DNA of 64,000 bases from Candidatus Taenariivivens baikalensis (lineage in GTDB: Bacteria > Omnitrophota > Omnitrophia > Omnitrophales > Aquincolibacteriaceae): the NCBI GenBank assembly GCA_009691445.1, contig SICL01000001.1:65738-129737 (forward strand). Direction: 5' to 3'. This document shows positions 9,834-20,317 of this stretch, piece after piece. Each line of letters begins with the position of its first letter. Position 1 is the first letter of the stretch. Under the pieces are notes generated by a model that saw only the letters and a list, made by a program, of their open reading frames with translations, did not search any database and was not told the origin of the DNA. A program made the position numbers and the translations under genes.

Positions 9834-10796
9834 TCATACCATGAAATCAAAAAAAGAATTAAGCAAAGTTCTGAGCTTTTCCAGCGCAGGAAGTAATTCA
9901 TCCAGCGACTTGGGATTACGTACTTTTAGACATACGGTATACCCCTCGTCTTCAAAAAAAGGGTGGGCCTCCAGCTTAATATCTTTGTGGGCTTGACTTA
10001 TGTCCTGGGTCAGTTTCTTAAAATGCTCCTTAGGTCCAGTAAGCTTGGGAAAGCGGAGACGACTTATCGCCTCCACAAAACACTCGGTTTTCTTTCTTTT
10101 ATCTAAGGGGGCTGATGAAAGAGATTTTATGAGTCCATGAGCTTCTAAAAAAGCCTGCAGTGAATTTGGCGTCGAACGAGAGATTTCTAGCAGCCACTCC
10201 GTGACGAGAATCACTTGGGCCACTGTTAAGGATAATTGCGGGATTAACTCAGATGCAATCCATTGCTGGTCTCCTTTGGAAAAAAGACACAGCGTGGACG
10301 CGGCTTGAAGAGATACCTTCCCTTCGGAGATTGGAATCCACAGAGCTGGAACAAGTTTTGTAAGTGCGGCGTAAACTGCATAGGTTTGTGCCTGAGGCTT
10401 AAGCGCTAATGCCGGAAGAACCTTTGTCACTATCTCCACGGGGGTCATTTTGAAATCAGTCAAGGCCTTTTGAATCACATAAATCCTATCAATATCGCTC
10501 CACTTCAACGCCCAATTTGTGTAAACAGCTTGCAAAAAATAGTCTTTTTCTGAAAGCGGGATCTGAAGCACCATCGCAGGTACAACCGACAAATGAAGTT
10601 TTTTTGCGGCCAGCGCTCTTTTATAACCATCTACAATTTTAAAATCTGGAGCAGGCGTAAGAAGAAGCGGCGACTGAATTCCCATTTCGAGAACTGAGGC
10701 TTCAATCCGTTCATCGTTGACCCTGAAATGGCAAGTATAGACCGTGTCAAAACAAAGTTCCTCAACCGGAATTATTTGATAAACGTACTTTTCCAT
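9834..10796 (-). CDS. ParB/Srx N-terminal domain protein
   Basis: SVLEMGIQSPLLL...IVDGYKRALAA (GxxRxxA box); no parA nearby. Confidence 0.75.
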   Translation of the reverse strand: MEKYVYQIIPVEELCFDTVYTCHFRVNDERIEASVLEMGIQSPLLLTPAPDFKIVDGYKRALAAKKLHLSVVPAMVLQIPLSEKDYFLQAVYTNWALKWSDIDRIYVIQKALTDFKMTPVEIVTKVLPALALKPQAQTYAVYAALTKLVPALWIPISEGKVSLQAASTLCLFSKGDQQWIASELIPQLSLTVAQVILVTEWLLEISRSTPNSLQAFLEAHGLIKSLSSAPLDKRKKTECFVEAISRLRFPKLTGPKEHFKKLTQDISQAHKDIKLEAHPFFEDEGYTVCLKVRNPKSLDELLPALEKLRTLLNSFFDFMV

Positions 10797-11905
10797 TCAC
10801 TTTCCAGTTTTTCGGTCGAAATTTGAAGCACTTCGCGGATCACTTCATCGCTGGTCTTGTCATTAGTGAATTTTTGGAGCATTTGTTTAACTTGAAACAT
10901 CCCGTATCGCGCCGCGAGATAATCCACGAGGTGAAAACTTTCCTGATAAAAAAGAGCAACCTCCGACGTGTCTGTCATTGCTTCAAGATGGCTTTGACTC
11001 ATGAGCTGATCAACTGGAATCAGTGTATGGGTTTTGATGGCTGACCGAAAAATAAGCAAATCAACCTTTCGTTCTTTGTTTTCTTCGTAAACAGCAATCC
11101 CTTCATTAATCCAGGCCGGTGCAGATTGTTTGCTGATCGCAGCCACAAAGGCATGCGTCACCTCATGGCGCGTCAAGGCCCGAAGCTCCGCATCAATCGA
11201 CTTTCCTTTTTTAACCGGCATACGGACCTTTCCATCGTAAAGTCCCGACGACCAGTGGGGACGGCCCGTAATGGCCTTGAACTCCTCATCCTCGTACAAC
11301 ATAACGACGATCTGATACGTAAGATAATGCGCAAAATCCTGTGATATCTGGCGATAGGTTTCCCGCAAAAGCTCCCGAAGTTCAAACCCTTCAACAACCT
11401 TATCATTATCATGGTATTTGATAATAAAATGTTCTTCGGTATAAGTTGAAAATTTTGTTTCAACCTGGGTTTCTTTGATTAATTTTTCAATCTTCTCTAG
11501 AACTTCGGGACGCGGCTGTAAGGCATAGGATATCTGATAATTTTCCTTAGCGTCTTTGAGTTTTTGCTGCATATAATAAATTTCTCCGAGCAACTCATAC
11601 GCGTAAGCATTGGTGCTATCCTGCTTGAGCGCTTCCAAAACCGTTTGACGCGCCAGTTCATATTCCTGTTTCTGGAAATATTCAACCGCTTGATTGTTGA
11701 GGCTCACGGAAATCGGGGCGCTCGGCAGTTTTGCCTGACCCGGTGGTTTTGCGAAAAAACTCATAATCTCAATTTTTTGGCGTTTCTCAAGATTGCTTTC
11801 GACTTTATTTTCATCCACGGGTGATGTCCCAGCCGTACCCGAGCCTCCGTTCCAGAGGAATGTCGAAAGGATCATCACAACCCAACTTTTTCTCAGGATC
11901 TTCAC
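10772..11905 (-). CDS. Exported TPR plus peptidase MA-like zinc metalloprotease
   Basis: Signal peptide, TPR helices, HEVTH...PAWINEGIA gluzincin pattern. Confidence 0.85.
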   Translation of the reverse strand: MKILRKSWVVMILSTFLWNGGSGTAGTSPVDENKVESNLEKRQKIEIMSFFAKPPGQAKLPSAPISVSLNNQAVEYFQKQEYELARQTVLEALKQDSTNAYAYELLGEIYYMQQKLKDAKENYQISYALQPRPEVLEKIEKLIKETQVETKFSTYTEEHFIIKYHDNDKVVEGFELRELLRETYRQISQDFAHYLTYQIVVMLYEDEEFKAITGRPHWSSGLYDGKVRMPVKKGKSIDAELRALTRHEVTHAFVAAISKQSAPAWINEGIAVYEENKERKVDLLIFRSAIKTHTLIPVDQLMSQSHLEAMTDTSEVALFYQESFHLVDYLAARYGMFQVKQMLQKFTNDKTSDEVIREVLQISTEKLESEWKSTFIK

Positions 11906-13020
11906 AACCCAGACCCATCATGATCATTCCATTTCTTCGCCATATCTATTCGCTTTCGAATGGCGGGGTGATCATAAAAAAACCACTCATAAAGTGGATG
12001 AGGATCGGTATCTGCCAGGTTTACACGAGCGAGTTTTTCCATACAAGAGACAAAAACTGCTGGTTTAGGAAATGCCGATAATGAAAAAAGATCAGCCGCG
12101 CGCTCCATCTTCCTCGATAAAGCGTTTTGAAGGGGCGTAAGAAGGCAATAAATTCCGTAAAAAATAAAAAATAGAACTGGAAGCGTGCCGATATTTGAAA
12201 TTCCGTGCAGATGGAAATACTCGCCCAGCGGATCAATGGATCGAGATGCGCCGTAAAAGGCAGCTCCTGAGAAGCAAGTGCCCATCACAAGCTGTTTCCA
12301 GATATCACCATGTTTAAAGTGACCTAACTCATGAGCGACAACCGTTTCAATTTCATCCGCGGTAAAGTTCTGAAGCAAGGTATCACTCAGGACTACGCGT
12401 TTTGTTTTCCCCATTCCCATAAACGCAGCATTTGCCTTCTTTGTTGTTTTACTGAGATTGATCGAGTAGACATTTTGAATCGGAAGACCGTACCGGATTC
12501 CAAGATTCAAAATTCGTTGAACCAGCAATTGGTCTTCAACCCTGCCATATTTATAAAACATGGGAACAACCAAGACAGGGAAAATTTTTCCCATCCCATA
12601 ACTAAAAGCAACAAAGCTAATCCACGCCCAAAACCACCAACTTTCCGGCTGATGCCAGATCAAAGCGTAAAGCGCGATGATGAGACCCAACGATACTATA
12701 AAGGAAAGGACTGATCGCTTGAGTAGGTCCACTCCCCAAGCGCCCAGAGTTTGATTCGAAAGATCAAATTGATGCTCCACCCAATATCCAGAATAAAAAC
12801 TAAGCGGAAGATCGAAGACAAGCATCCAAAGTGAAAAATAGAAAAAATAAAGACTTAGCTGGGCATAATGATTCGGCGCCACAGCGGCCCATTGGACAAA
12901 AGTTGTATTCATGGGCAAGACGAGTGTTAAAAAAAGGAGAGCCGGGGTCAGAATCAAATTAAATAACACGAGCCTCTGTTTGATACGCTGATAGGCTTTT
13001 GACTTTTCATCAGGATTCAT
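11902..13020 (-). CDS. M48 (Ste24-like) membrane metallopeptidase
   Basis: Multiple TMs, KANAAFMG, AHELGH, ERAAD, HPAIRKRI. Confidence 0.93.
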   Translation of the reverse strand: MNPDEKSKAYQRIKQRLVLFNLILTPALLFLTLVLPMNTTFVQWAAVAPNHYAQLSLYFFYFSLWMLVFDLPLSFYSGYWVEHQFDLSNQTLGAWGVDLLKRSVLSFIVSLGLIIALYALIWHQPESWWFWAWISFVAFSYGMGKIFPVLVVPMFYKYGRVEDQLLVQRILNLGIRYGLPIQNVYSINLSKTTKKANAAFMGMGKTKRVVLSDTLLQNFTADEIETVVAHELGHFKHGDIWKQLVMGTCFSGAAFYGASRSIDPLGEYFHLHGISNIGTLPVLFFIFYGIYCLLTPLQNALSRKMERAADLFSLSAFPKPAVFVSCMEKLARVNLADTDPHPLYEWFFYDHPAIRKRIDMAKKWNDHDGSGL

Positions 13021-13043
13021 AACACCTTTTGTCTGTTTCTTGG

Positions 13044-13781
13044 TTAATTGAATTCAGCAAGTAGACCGAAATGGTCCGATGCGTAGAGGGCATCTGATTC
13101 AGGCTTGTCCCAAATCATCGTACATTCCCTTAAATTCTTAAGACTGATTTCCTGAGACTGATAAAAAATATAATCAATCCGTCGATCGGGAAGCACATGG
13201 CTGGATCCTGCTGCGAAGGGATTATCATTAGCCCAGGTGCATCCCGGGATATCTGGATGTTTGATCGTATACGAATCTTTCCATCCCTGCGCTTTGATCA
13301 TCATAATTTCGTTGGCGGTTGGGGGCGCGTTAAAATCCCCCATCATGATTGACTCCTTTGAAAGACCCTTTGAGTTGATAAAATCCAGCATCTCAGACGC
13401 CTGTCTTTCCCTAAAAATCCCCTCCTCTGGCAGCCACGAAAGGTGGGTATTAAAAATCCTGACGGGATTGTCACCAATTAGAATTGCCGCATAAATCAAA
13501 TAACGAAAATATGTTTCAGTTGGTGATTGGGTGGGCAAACGAAGATAATCCGTCTGAATGATCGGGTGTTTCGAAAGAATCAAAAGCCCCGAGGGTGACT
13601 CCGGATAATAAAAATAGGGAAGACCTGTCTTGTTTGGCAGACTTACGGCCCAAACCTCATTAAAGACCTCCTGAAAGCAAACCACCTCAGGACGATATTT
13701 TTCAAGGCCCTGGAGGATGATCTCCCACCGGCGCTCCCAGGGTCCACGCTCCTGCCAAGTATTCAGCGTGATAACTTTCAT
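13044..13781 (-). CDS. Endonuclease/exonuclease/phosphatase family protein
   Basis: TLNTW, CFQEV, NTHL, MGDFNA, RIDYIF, ASDHFG. Confidence 0.92.
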   Translation of the reverse strand: MKVITLNTWQERGPWERRWEIILQGLEKYRPEVVCFQEVFNEVWAVSLPNKTGLPYFYYPESPSGLLILSKHPIIQTDYLRLPTQSPTETYFRYLIYAAILIGDNPVRIFNTHLSWLPEEGIFRERQASEMLDFINSKGLSKESIMMGDFNAPPTANEIMMIKAQGWKDSYTIKHPDIPGCTWANDNPFAAGSSHVLPDRRIDYIFYQSQEISLKNLRECTMIWDKPESDALYASDHFGLLAEFN

Positions 13782-14566
13782 TCCGGTTGATTCCCGCTCT
13801 GGGCTCGAAGAGCCGCTAAATCCTGAATCATCTTGTCCCTGATTTCCTGGATTTTCTCCGTCATTTGTTCGTCGTCTTCTGAAAGAAGAATGGGTTCTTG
13901 GATGGATGCCTGGATTAGCACATTACGGGCAACACGCCAGGATTTCTTACGAATTCCCTGCATTGTTCCAGCAATGACTAAAGGAAGTAAAGGCATGCGC
14001 TCGTTCTGAGCCAGCTTAAAAGCGCCTGGCTTAAATGGCAGCATATGTCCGTTAAGGCTGCGAGTTCCCTCGGGAAACATTAAAATACTTTCCCCCGCCT
14101 GTAAATATTGCTTAGCACTTTGAACCGCCAGTCTGCGGCTTTCAGGGCTGGACCGTCCAACCGGAATATATCCGGCAAAAAACATGTGCCAGCCCAAAAA
14201 AGGAATCTGAAATAATTCTTTTTTCGCCATAAACTTAAAGGGCATAGGCAGAACCACTAAAGCCACAAGAATATCCAGAATACTCTGGTGATTCGCAATC
14301 ACTAAATAATGCTGTCCCTGACGATGATTTTCAGCCCCGCGAACCTCGATTTTCCAAATTCTCACGGCTCCTACAATGGATTTCGCCCACAAAACAGCAA
14401 CCTGATGAAAAACCTTTTGAGCTTTTGGTCTTGAGAAAATATAAATCCAGGAAAAAAAAAGGATCGATGAGACAGTATAAAAAAGAGTGACGAAAATTAA
14501 AACCGTCCAAAAAAACAGAGACATCACTGGGCTTGATTCTTTCAATTGGTTTTGATCGTTTTTCAT
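13778..14566 (-). CDS. plsC: 1-acyl-sn-glycerol-3-phosphate acyltransferase
   Basis: NHQSILD, FMAKKEL, FPEGTRS. Confidence 0.9.
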   Translation of the reverse strand: MKNDQNQLKESSPVMSLFFWTVLIFVTLFYTVSSILFFSWIYIFSRPKAQKVFHQVAVLWAKSIVGAVRIWKIEVRGAENHRQGQHYLVIANHQSILDILVALVVLPMPFKFMAKKELFQIPFLGWHMFFAGYIPVGRSSPESRRLAVQSAKQYLQAGESILMFPEGTRSLNGHMLPFKPGAFKLAQNERMPLLPLVIAGTMQGIRKKSWRVARNVLIQASIQEPILLSEDDEQMTEKIQEIRDKMIQDLAALRAQSGNQPE

Positions 14567-14620
14567 AAGCTTGTAATTTTAGTAGTGTTAGCGAGAAATT
14601 AAAACAGCTATTTTGATCCA

Positions 14621-14648
14621 TTGACAAAACATCCTCGATCTCTAAAAT
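14621..14648 (+). promoter_or_regulatory. Sigma70-type promoter for the sufT-TPR pair
   Basis: TTGACA (14621-26), 16 bp, TAAAAT (14643-48), then AGGAGG and ATG 14666. Confidence 0.65.
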
Positions 14649-14665
14649 GTGACTCAGGAGGCCTT

Positions 14666-14974
14666 ATGATTACTAAAGACCAAGTAATTGATGTAGCCAA
14701 ACAGTGTTTTGACCCTGAAATCCCCGTCAATATCTGGGATTTGGGACTGATCTATGATATTAATATTACGCCCGACACCAATGACGTTCATATCCGGATG
14801 ACACTAACGACCCAGCATTGCCCATCCGCCAAGGAAATACCTCTAACCCTCAAGAGCAAAATACAGGCGGAGTTGCAGCCGACAAGCGTGGAGGTTGAAA
14901 TCGTGTTCGATCCTCTTTGGACTCCGGAGCGAATTACCGAAGAAGGCAAGAAACTTTTGGGGATCGAGGCTTAG
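14666..14974 (+). CDS. SufT/DUF59 Fe-S cluster assembly factor
   Basis: DPEIPVNIWDLGLIY, MTLTTQHCP, FDPLWTPERIT. Confidence 0.9.
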   Translation: MITKDQVIDVAKQCFDPEIPVNIWDLGLIYDINITPDTNDVHIRMTLTTQHCPSAKEIPLTLKSKIQAELQPTSVEVEIVFDPLWTPERITEEGKKLLGIEA

Positions 14975-14979
14975 AGCGG

Positions 14980-15651
14980 ATGGATCAAGCCGCCAACCTT
15001 TATGAATCTGCCCTCAGCGACTTCAGCCATCAAGATTATGATTCTGCGATTTCAAAATTACACGCGACGTTAGAAATTAGCCCGGAATTTGAAGATGCTC
15101 ACGAAGCCCTCGCCGTCATTCTCTATCATCAGAAAAAGTATGATGACTCCGTCCAGGCTATTCAGCATTGGATACGCCTGAATCCCCATTCGATCATGGC
15201 TCGAACCAATCTATCCCGATGTTACGTCGCCAAAGGGATGATCCTAGAAGCAGAAAAGGAGCAGGCTGAAGCACGCCGCCTTACGTGGCAGGCAGAACTC
15301 AAGCTAAAAAAACAAAGTGCCCCGCCGATCAATCCCCAGGAACTCATCGAACGGTATAAGAAGGTCATCGCTCTAGATCCCCTGGACGTTTTAGGCTATT
15401 TCAGCCTTGGAACCACTTATATGGAATCCGGCATGAAACGGGATGCTGCTGATACTTTCGAAAAAGCCGTGGAAATCAATCCTAAACATTCCTCATCCTA
15501 TCTAGGATTCGCACAAGCCCTCACAGCTCTTGGTGATAACGAAAAGGCTAAAAGGATTTTCCGCCAAGGGATTAGAGTTTCAGAAAGTCAGGGGGACGTC
15601 ATGGTGCAAAAAAAGATGGAAGCCCATCTGAAGAATCTAGAATCGTTTTAG
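14980..15651 (+). CDS. TPR protein
   Basis: Multiple TPR-like helical repeats; ATG 14980 follows the sufT stop. Confidence 0.8.
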   Translation: MDQAANLYESALSDFSHQDYDSAISKLHATLEISPEFEDAHEALAVILYHQKKYDDSVQAIQHWIRLNPHSIMARTNLSRCYVAKGMILEAEKEQAEARRLTWQAELKLKKQSAPPINPQELIERYKKVIALDPLDVLGYFSLGTTYMESGMKRDAADTFEKAVEINPKHSSSYLGFAQALTALGDNEKAKRIFRQGIRVSESQGDVMVQKKMEAHLKNLESF

Positions 15652-17693
15652 AAATTATCCGGATCACTTTCAGCTTTACGCCGATTAAATGAGTCTGTAT
15701 CGTAGGCAGTATCTGGTTCTTCCGCAAAGGGACAGTCATCTTCTTCAGGAATCTTTTGAGAAATATTGTTCTCAAAAAGATCGGAAGGAATTTCACTAAG
15801 AAATCGTGACGGCAGATTTCTTTGGCGGGAACCATAAAGAAGCCGCTCACGCGCAAAGGTCATATGCAGTTTATCTTTAGCCCGCGTCATCCCGACATAA
15901 CACAGACGCCTCTCCTCTTCCAGATCCGCTAAATCTGCGGAATAACTCTTAATATTGGGAAAGATTCCCTCTTCCAGCCCTATCATGTAAACAATAGGAA
16001 ACTCAAGGCCCTTGGCTGTGTGCAGACTCATGAGCGTAAGGACATTGGTGCTAGCATCCCAGCGGTCGAAATCTGTCACAAGAGAAATGGATTCTAAAAA
16101 AGAATAAAGCTGATTACCTTCTTCGTAAGCGTTGGGTATTTCTTCGAAATCCTGAATCACACTGAAAAATTCTCCAATATTTTCTATTCGAGCTTTGGAT
16201 TCAATGGTTTTCTCAGCCTCAAGCGTATGAACATAGCGGGAATTTTTGAGAAGCATTTCCAGCAGATCGCTAATACTAAGCTGACGGTGTTCTGCGCGGG
16301 CCTTTTCAATCAGTCCCACAAATTCATAAATTGACTTACGAGTTTTAGGCGTTAAATCATCGAGTCCGTGAGAGGCCCGAAGCGCTTCATGAAATCCGAT
16401 TTGCTGCTGCAAAGCGTGTGCCTCAAGAACCTCCAAAGCTTTTTTCCCAATTCCCCGCGTTGGAACATTAATGATTCGTTTCAAGCTGATATCGTCTTGA
16501 GGATTTGCGACCACGCGGAGATACGCAATAATATCTTTAATTTCCTTGCGGTCATAAAAGCGCGTACCGCCAATAATTTTATAAGGAACGCTTGCGCGAC
16601 GAAGAGTATCTTCTAAAATCCGGGATTGCGCATGGACGCGGTAGAAGACCACTTGATCGGAAAATGTCTTTCCACGCTCAGTATTTTCAAGCACTTGCTT
16701 CACCACATACTGAGCTTCGTGTTTCTCATCGAAGGACTCAAAAAGACTGATGGCTTCGCCACCCTTGCGGCTGGTCCAAAGGGCTTTGGGTTTTCTCTGC
16801 GTATTGCGGCTAATTAATTCATTCGCTCCATCGAGAATCACTGAACTTGACCGGTAATTTTGTTCAAGTTTGATGATCCCGCATTCGGGATAATCCGTTT
16901 CAAAACTGAGAATATTTTGAATATCCGCCCCGCGCCAGGAATAAATGGACTGATCCGGATCACCCACCACGGTAATCTGACGGCGCTGCGAGGCTAAGAG
17001 TTTAACAAAGAGATACTGGGCATGATTCGTATCCTGATACTCATCAATCAGAATCACCTTAAAACGATCCTGCCAGGACTGTAGGACTTGCGGCGAATGT
17101 TCAAAAAGCTGAACCGTTTTCATCATTAAATCGCCAAAGTCACAGGCTTTAAATTGGCTCATCTTTTTTTCATAGAGGGTATAAATTTTACTGACGGCGT
17201 CATCATAGAGATCCCTCGCATTCGCGGCAAACACTTTGGGATTCATGAGGAGATCCTTAGCTCTCTGGATCCTTTCCAACACGCCCTTGGGATGGACTTG
17301 TTTTTCGTTGAGTTTCAATTCTCGAATACATTCTTTTACCAAAACACTTTGATCATGATCATCATAAATAGTGAACCCAGATTCAAGACCGATTGCCCGC
17401 CCGTCCATGCGAAGAATACGAAGGCAGGTTGAGTGAAAGGTACTCACCCAAATCTGCTGATTGATCAGACTCTGGACCCGCCTCTTCATTTCCGCCGCAG
17501 CTTTATTGGTGAATGTTACTCCGAGAATATTAAACGCAGGCGTACCTTGACTAATCTGGTAGGCAATACGATGGACTAAAATTCGCGTCTTTCCACTTCC
17601 AGCACCCGCCACAATGAGCAATGGCTTGTTCGGCCAGCAGACGGCAGCTTTTTGAGATTCGTTTAAATTTTCTAGAAGTTTATCGAAGCTCAT
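15648..17693 (-). CDS. pcrA: UvrD/PcrA DNA helicase
   Basis: AGAGSGKT, IDEYQD, GDPDQSIYSWRGA, LEQNYRS, EEERRLCYVGMTRA. Confidence 0.95.
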   Translation of the reverse strand: MSFDKLLENLNESQKAAVCWPNKPLLIVAGAGSGKTRILVHRIAYQISQGTPAFNILGVTFTNKAAAEMKRRVQSLINQQIWVSTFHSTCLRILRMDGRAIGLESGFTIYDDHDQSVLVKECIRELKLNEKQVHPKGVLERIQRAKDLLMNPKVFAANARDLYDDAVSKIYTLYEKKMSQFKACDFGDLMMKTVQLFEHSPQVLQSWQDRFKVILIDEYQDTNHAQYLFVKLLASQRRQITVVGDPDQSIYSWRGADIQNILSFETDYPECGIIKLEQNYRSSSVILDGANELISRNTQRKPKALWTSRKGGEAISLFESFDEKHEAQYVVKQVLENTERGKTFSDQVVFYRVHAQSRILEDTLRRASVPYKIIGGTRFYDRKEIKDIIAYLRVVANPQDDISLKRIINVPTRGIGKKALEVLEAHALQQQIGFHEALRASHGLDDLTPKTRKSIYEFVGLIEKARAEHRQLSISDLLEMLLKNSRYVHTLEAEKTIESKARIENIGEFFSVIQDFEEIPNAYEEGNQLYSFLESISLVTDFDRWDASTNVLTLMSLHTAKGLEFPIVYMIGLEEGIFPNIKSYSADLADLEEERRLCYVGMTRAKDKLHMTFARERLLYGSRQRNLPSRFLSEIPSDLFENNISQKIPEEDDCPFAEEPDTAYDTDSFNRRKAESDPDNF

Positions 17694-18040
17694 ACGTCTT
17701 CCGAAATGATGAAGTCTTTTTCAAAAGTTTGATGGAAATCATAGACGGCATGAAAGTCCTCGAACTTATCATTAGGCTGTTTTCGGAGGACTTCGGCGTC
17801 CACAAGGTCAAAAACAATCTGCCCGAAATCATCTGTTGTAAAAATTCCCCAATGGTTCAAAACAGTCTTGGACATTTTCCCAAAGCGTTGAACCGTGAAT
17901 TCACGGATTCCAAATAGAAGTTCCGGGCCCGTAATGTGACGAGGCTCGGCAAGCTTTGAAACCGTAAAAGTGAGGGCCTCCATAAGAAAAAAATAAGCCT
18001 CCTCGTGAAAACGGGGCGTCTTTGTTCTCGCTAGTTTCAT
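17690..18040 (-). CDS. Minf_1886 family protein
   Basis: EAYFFLMEAL...RHITGPELL...WGIFTTDDFGQIVFDLV...EDFHAVYDF; start uncertain (18040-18118). Confidence 0.8.
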   Translation of the reverse strand: MKLARTKTPRFHEEAYFFLMEALTFTVSKLAEPRHITGPELLFGIREFTVQRFGKMSKTVLNHWGIFTTDDFGQIVFDLVDAEVLRKQPNDKFEDFHAVYDFHQTFEKDFIISEDV

Positions 18041-18062
18041 TTTCTCGAAAATATTTTGGAAG

Positions 18063-18800
18063 TCACTCAATGGAATTCCCAACACGTTCATTTTCTGTTG
18101 TAAGGCTATGATATCCAAATTGAACGGCTTGTTTTATTTCATACTTCTTCTGTGAAAGTTCTTGGGCTTCCTTTAACTGGGACGGGAAAATAGGGGCTGG
18201 TTTGAGATTAACACCAAAAACTTTTTGAAATCCAGCACATAAACCTCGTTGAAACTCGGTGGATGAAATTCCGGGAATCAAACGCACCGACTCTTGGTGG
18301 AGAAAAATTCCTCGAGAACGCTTTTGAGACCCTCCTGCCACTTTATTGAGTCCAAGAGCAAGATCCGTCGCAATAGGGAAAGTAAAACAGTCAAATCCTC
18401 GAGGAAGATTTTCATCGACGCGATAAAATCGTGGTTTGACGCCGGCTAATTCGAGTCCGTACTTGACCGCTTCATGAATCTTCCAATAGCTCAAACGCAC
18501 CGATCCAAACGACACATCAGCTGATTTTTGAGCCACCAAACTAAACATAAGATCTTTTCCATGGACGACGCGGCCACCTCCGGTAATTCTTCGGCAGGTT
18601 CTGCGTGGATTCGGAATTTCTTCCCGGTGAGTATAGCCGACCGTAACCCAAGATTCATAAGAATGGAAAAATCGGAGAATGGGAAGAACGCAATTGGGGT
18701 TTTTCTGAAGCGATTCATAATGGCCATTAAACAATACTTCATCCAAGGCCATTTGAAATGGCATGGGAGCGCAAATATCCGGTAGAAGTTTCCATTCCAT
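18063..18800 (-). CDS. Lipoate-protein ligase / octanoyltransferase family (LplA/LipM-like)
   Basis: QMALDE, RRITGGGRVVH, KVAGGSQKR; downstream of gcv genes. Confidence 0.85.
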   Translation of the reverse strand: MEWKLLPDICAPMPFQMALDEVLFNGHYESLQKNPNCVLPILRFFHSYESWVTVGYTHREEIPNPRRTCRRITGGGRVVHGKDLMFSLVAQKSADVSFGSVRLSYWKIHEAVKYGLELAGVKPRFYRVDENLPRGFDCFTFPIATDLALGLNKVAGGSQKRSRGIFLHQESVRLIPGISSTEFQRGLCAGFQKVFGVNLKPAPIFPSQLKEAQELSQKKYEIKQAVQFGYHSLTTENERVGNSIE

Positions 18801-18808
18801 GTCAATTT

Positions 18809-20317
18809 TTAGGAAACCGAAACGCCGTCAGATTGAAGAGCCTTCTCCCTGACTAAGTCACGATACGAGAGAATCGGCTTGCGCGCAGCGAGAACTTCAT
18901 CCGGTCGAGCAATCGGAAGATTGCGCGGAGCGTCCAAAATCACCTTGGGATCCTCTTCGATTTCTCGGGCGATGGCTATCATCGCCTCAATAAATTCATC
19001 CAGAGTTTCTTTACTTTCCGTTTCAGTAGGCTCGATCATCAGCGCTTCCTCGACCACAAGTGGAAAATGAACTGTCGGCGCATGAAATCCTAATTCTAGA
19101 AGCCGTTTACCAATATCGCCAGCATGAATTCCTTTATTAGTCGCAAATTTAAGTGTCAGGACAAATTCATGCATACAGGTTTCATCAATGGCAACGGGAA
19201 AATATTTTTTAAGCTTTTTTCGCAAGTAATTAGCATTAACAATCGCACCTTCCGAACATTTCAAGATACCCTCAAGTCCCAAAGATCGTATATAGACATA
19301 GGCACGAAGGAGCATCCCTGCATTTCCATAAAAGGATTTTACGCGGCCAATTGATTGGGGCGCATCTTTGTTCCAAGTGAATTTTCCCGCGGCAGTTTTT
19401 TCAAGGACAGGAAGCGGAAGAAAAGGAATAAGTCGCTTTTTAACACCCACCGGTCCGGAACCCGGACCACCGCCACCGTGTGGCGTTGAAAAGGTTTTGT
19501 GCAGATTAAGATGAACAATATCAAATCCCATATCCCCGGGGCGCGCGATGCCAAGCAGAGGATTTAGGTTTGCGCCGTCATAATAAAGCAGAGCGCCTTT
19601 CGAATGTACCTGTTTTGTAATTTCAAGAATGTCCTCTTCAAAAAGACCCAAAGTATTGGGGTTAGTCAACATCAAACAGGCTGTGTCATCATCCAAATTT
19701 TCGAGGAGAACCTCCAGATCAACGCGCCCACGGTCATTCGTTTTTAGCTCAACCACACGATAGCCAAAAAGCGCAGCGCTGGCGGGATTGGTTCCGTGGC
19801 TTGAATCAGGCACGAGAACTTTAGAGCGATGACCCTGCCCGGTAGCATTGTGATAAGCCCTGACCAGCATAATTCCGGTAAGCTCCCCGTGCGCGCCCGC
19901 TGCTGGCTGAAGCGTAAAGGCATCCATTCCCGTAATAGTTTTAAGATATTGCTCCAAATCATAAAAGATCGATAGCATTCCTTGAACCGTTTCTTCGGGT
20001 TGAAAGGGATGAAGTGCTGAAAATTTATCTAGTCCCGCAGCCCATTCATTAACTTTGGGATTGTATTTCATGGTGCAGCTGCCTAGTGGATAAAATTGCG
20101 TATCAATGGAGTAATTTTTTTTAGAAAGGGATACGAAATGTCGAACGGCTTCAGGTTCCGTGAGCTCGGGAAAAAGGAGCACCTGCTTGCGAAGCAAACT
20201 TTCGGATATTTTTTGAACCGGTTGATAATCCAGACAACGCGACGATGTAAGCGTGGCGCCGCGGCGTCCCGGCTTGCTTTTTTCAAAACTCGTCCTGGAA
20301 TCTGTAGAAATTAACAT
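18809..20317 (-). CDS. gcvPB: Glycine dehydrogenase subunit 2
   Basis: YPLGSCTMKYNP, HLNLHKTFSTPHGGGGPG, MIEPTETE. Confidence 0.98.
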   Translation of the reverse strand: MLISTDSRTSFEKSKPGRRGATLTSSRCLDYQPVQKISESLLRKQVLLFPELTEPEAVRHFVSLSKKNYSIDTQFYPLGSCTMKYNPKVNEWAAGLDKFSALHPFQPEETVQGMLSIFYDLEQYLKTITGMDAFTLQPAAGAHGELTGIMLVRAYHNATGQGHRSKVLVPDSSHGTNPASAALFGYRVVELKTNDRGRVDLEVLLENLDDDTACLMLTNPNTLGLFEEDILEITKQVHSKGALLYYDGANLNPLLGIARPGDMGFDIVHLNLHKTFSTPHGGGGPGSGPVGVKKRLIPFLPLPVLEKTAAGKFTWNKDAPQSIGRVKSFYGNAGMLLRAYVYIRSLGLEGILKCSEGAIVNANYLRKKLKKYFPVAIDETCMHEFVLTLKFATNKGIHAGDIGKRLLELGFHAPTVHFPLVVEEALMIEPTETESKETLDEFIEAMIAIAREIEEDPKVILDAPRNLPIARPDEVLAARKPILSYRDLVREKALQSDGVSVS

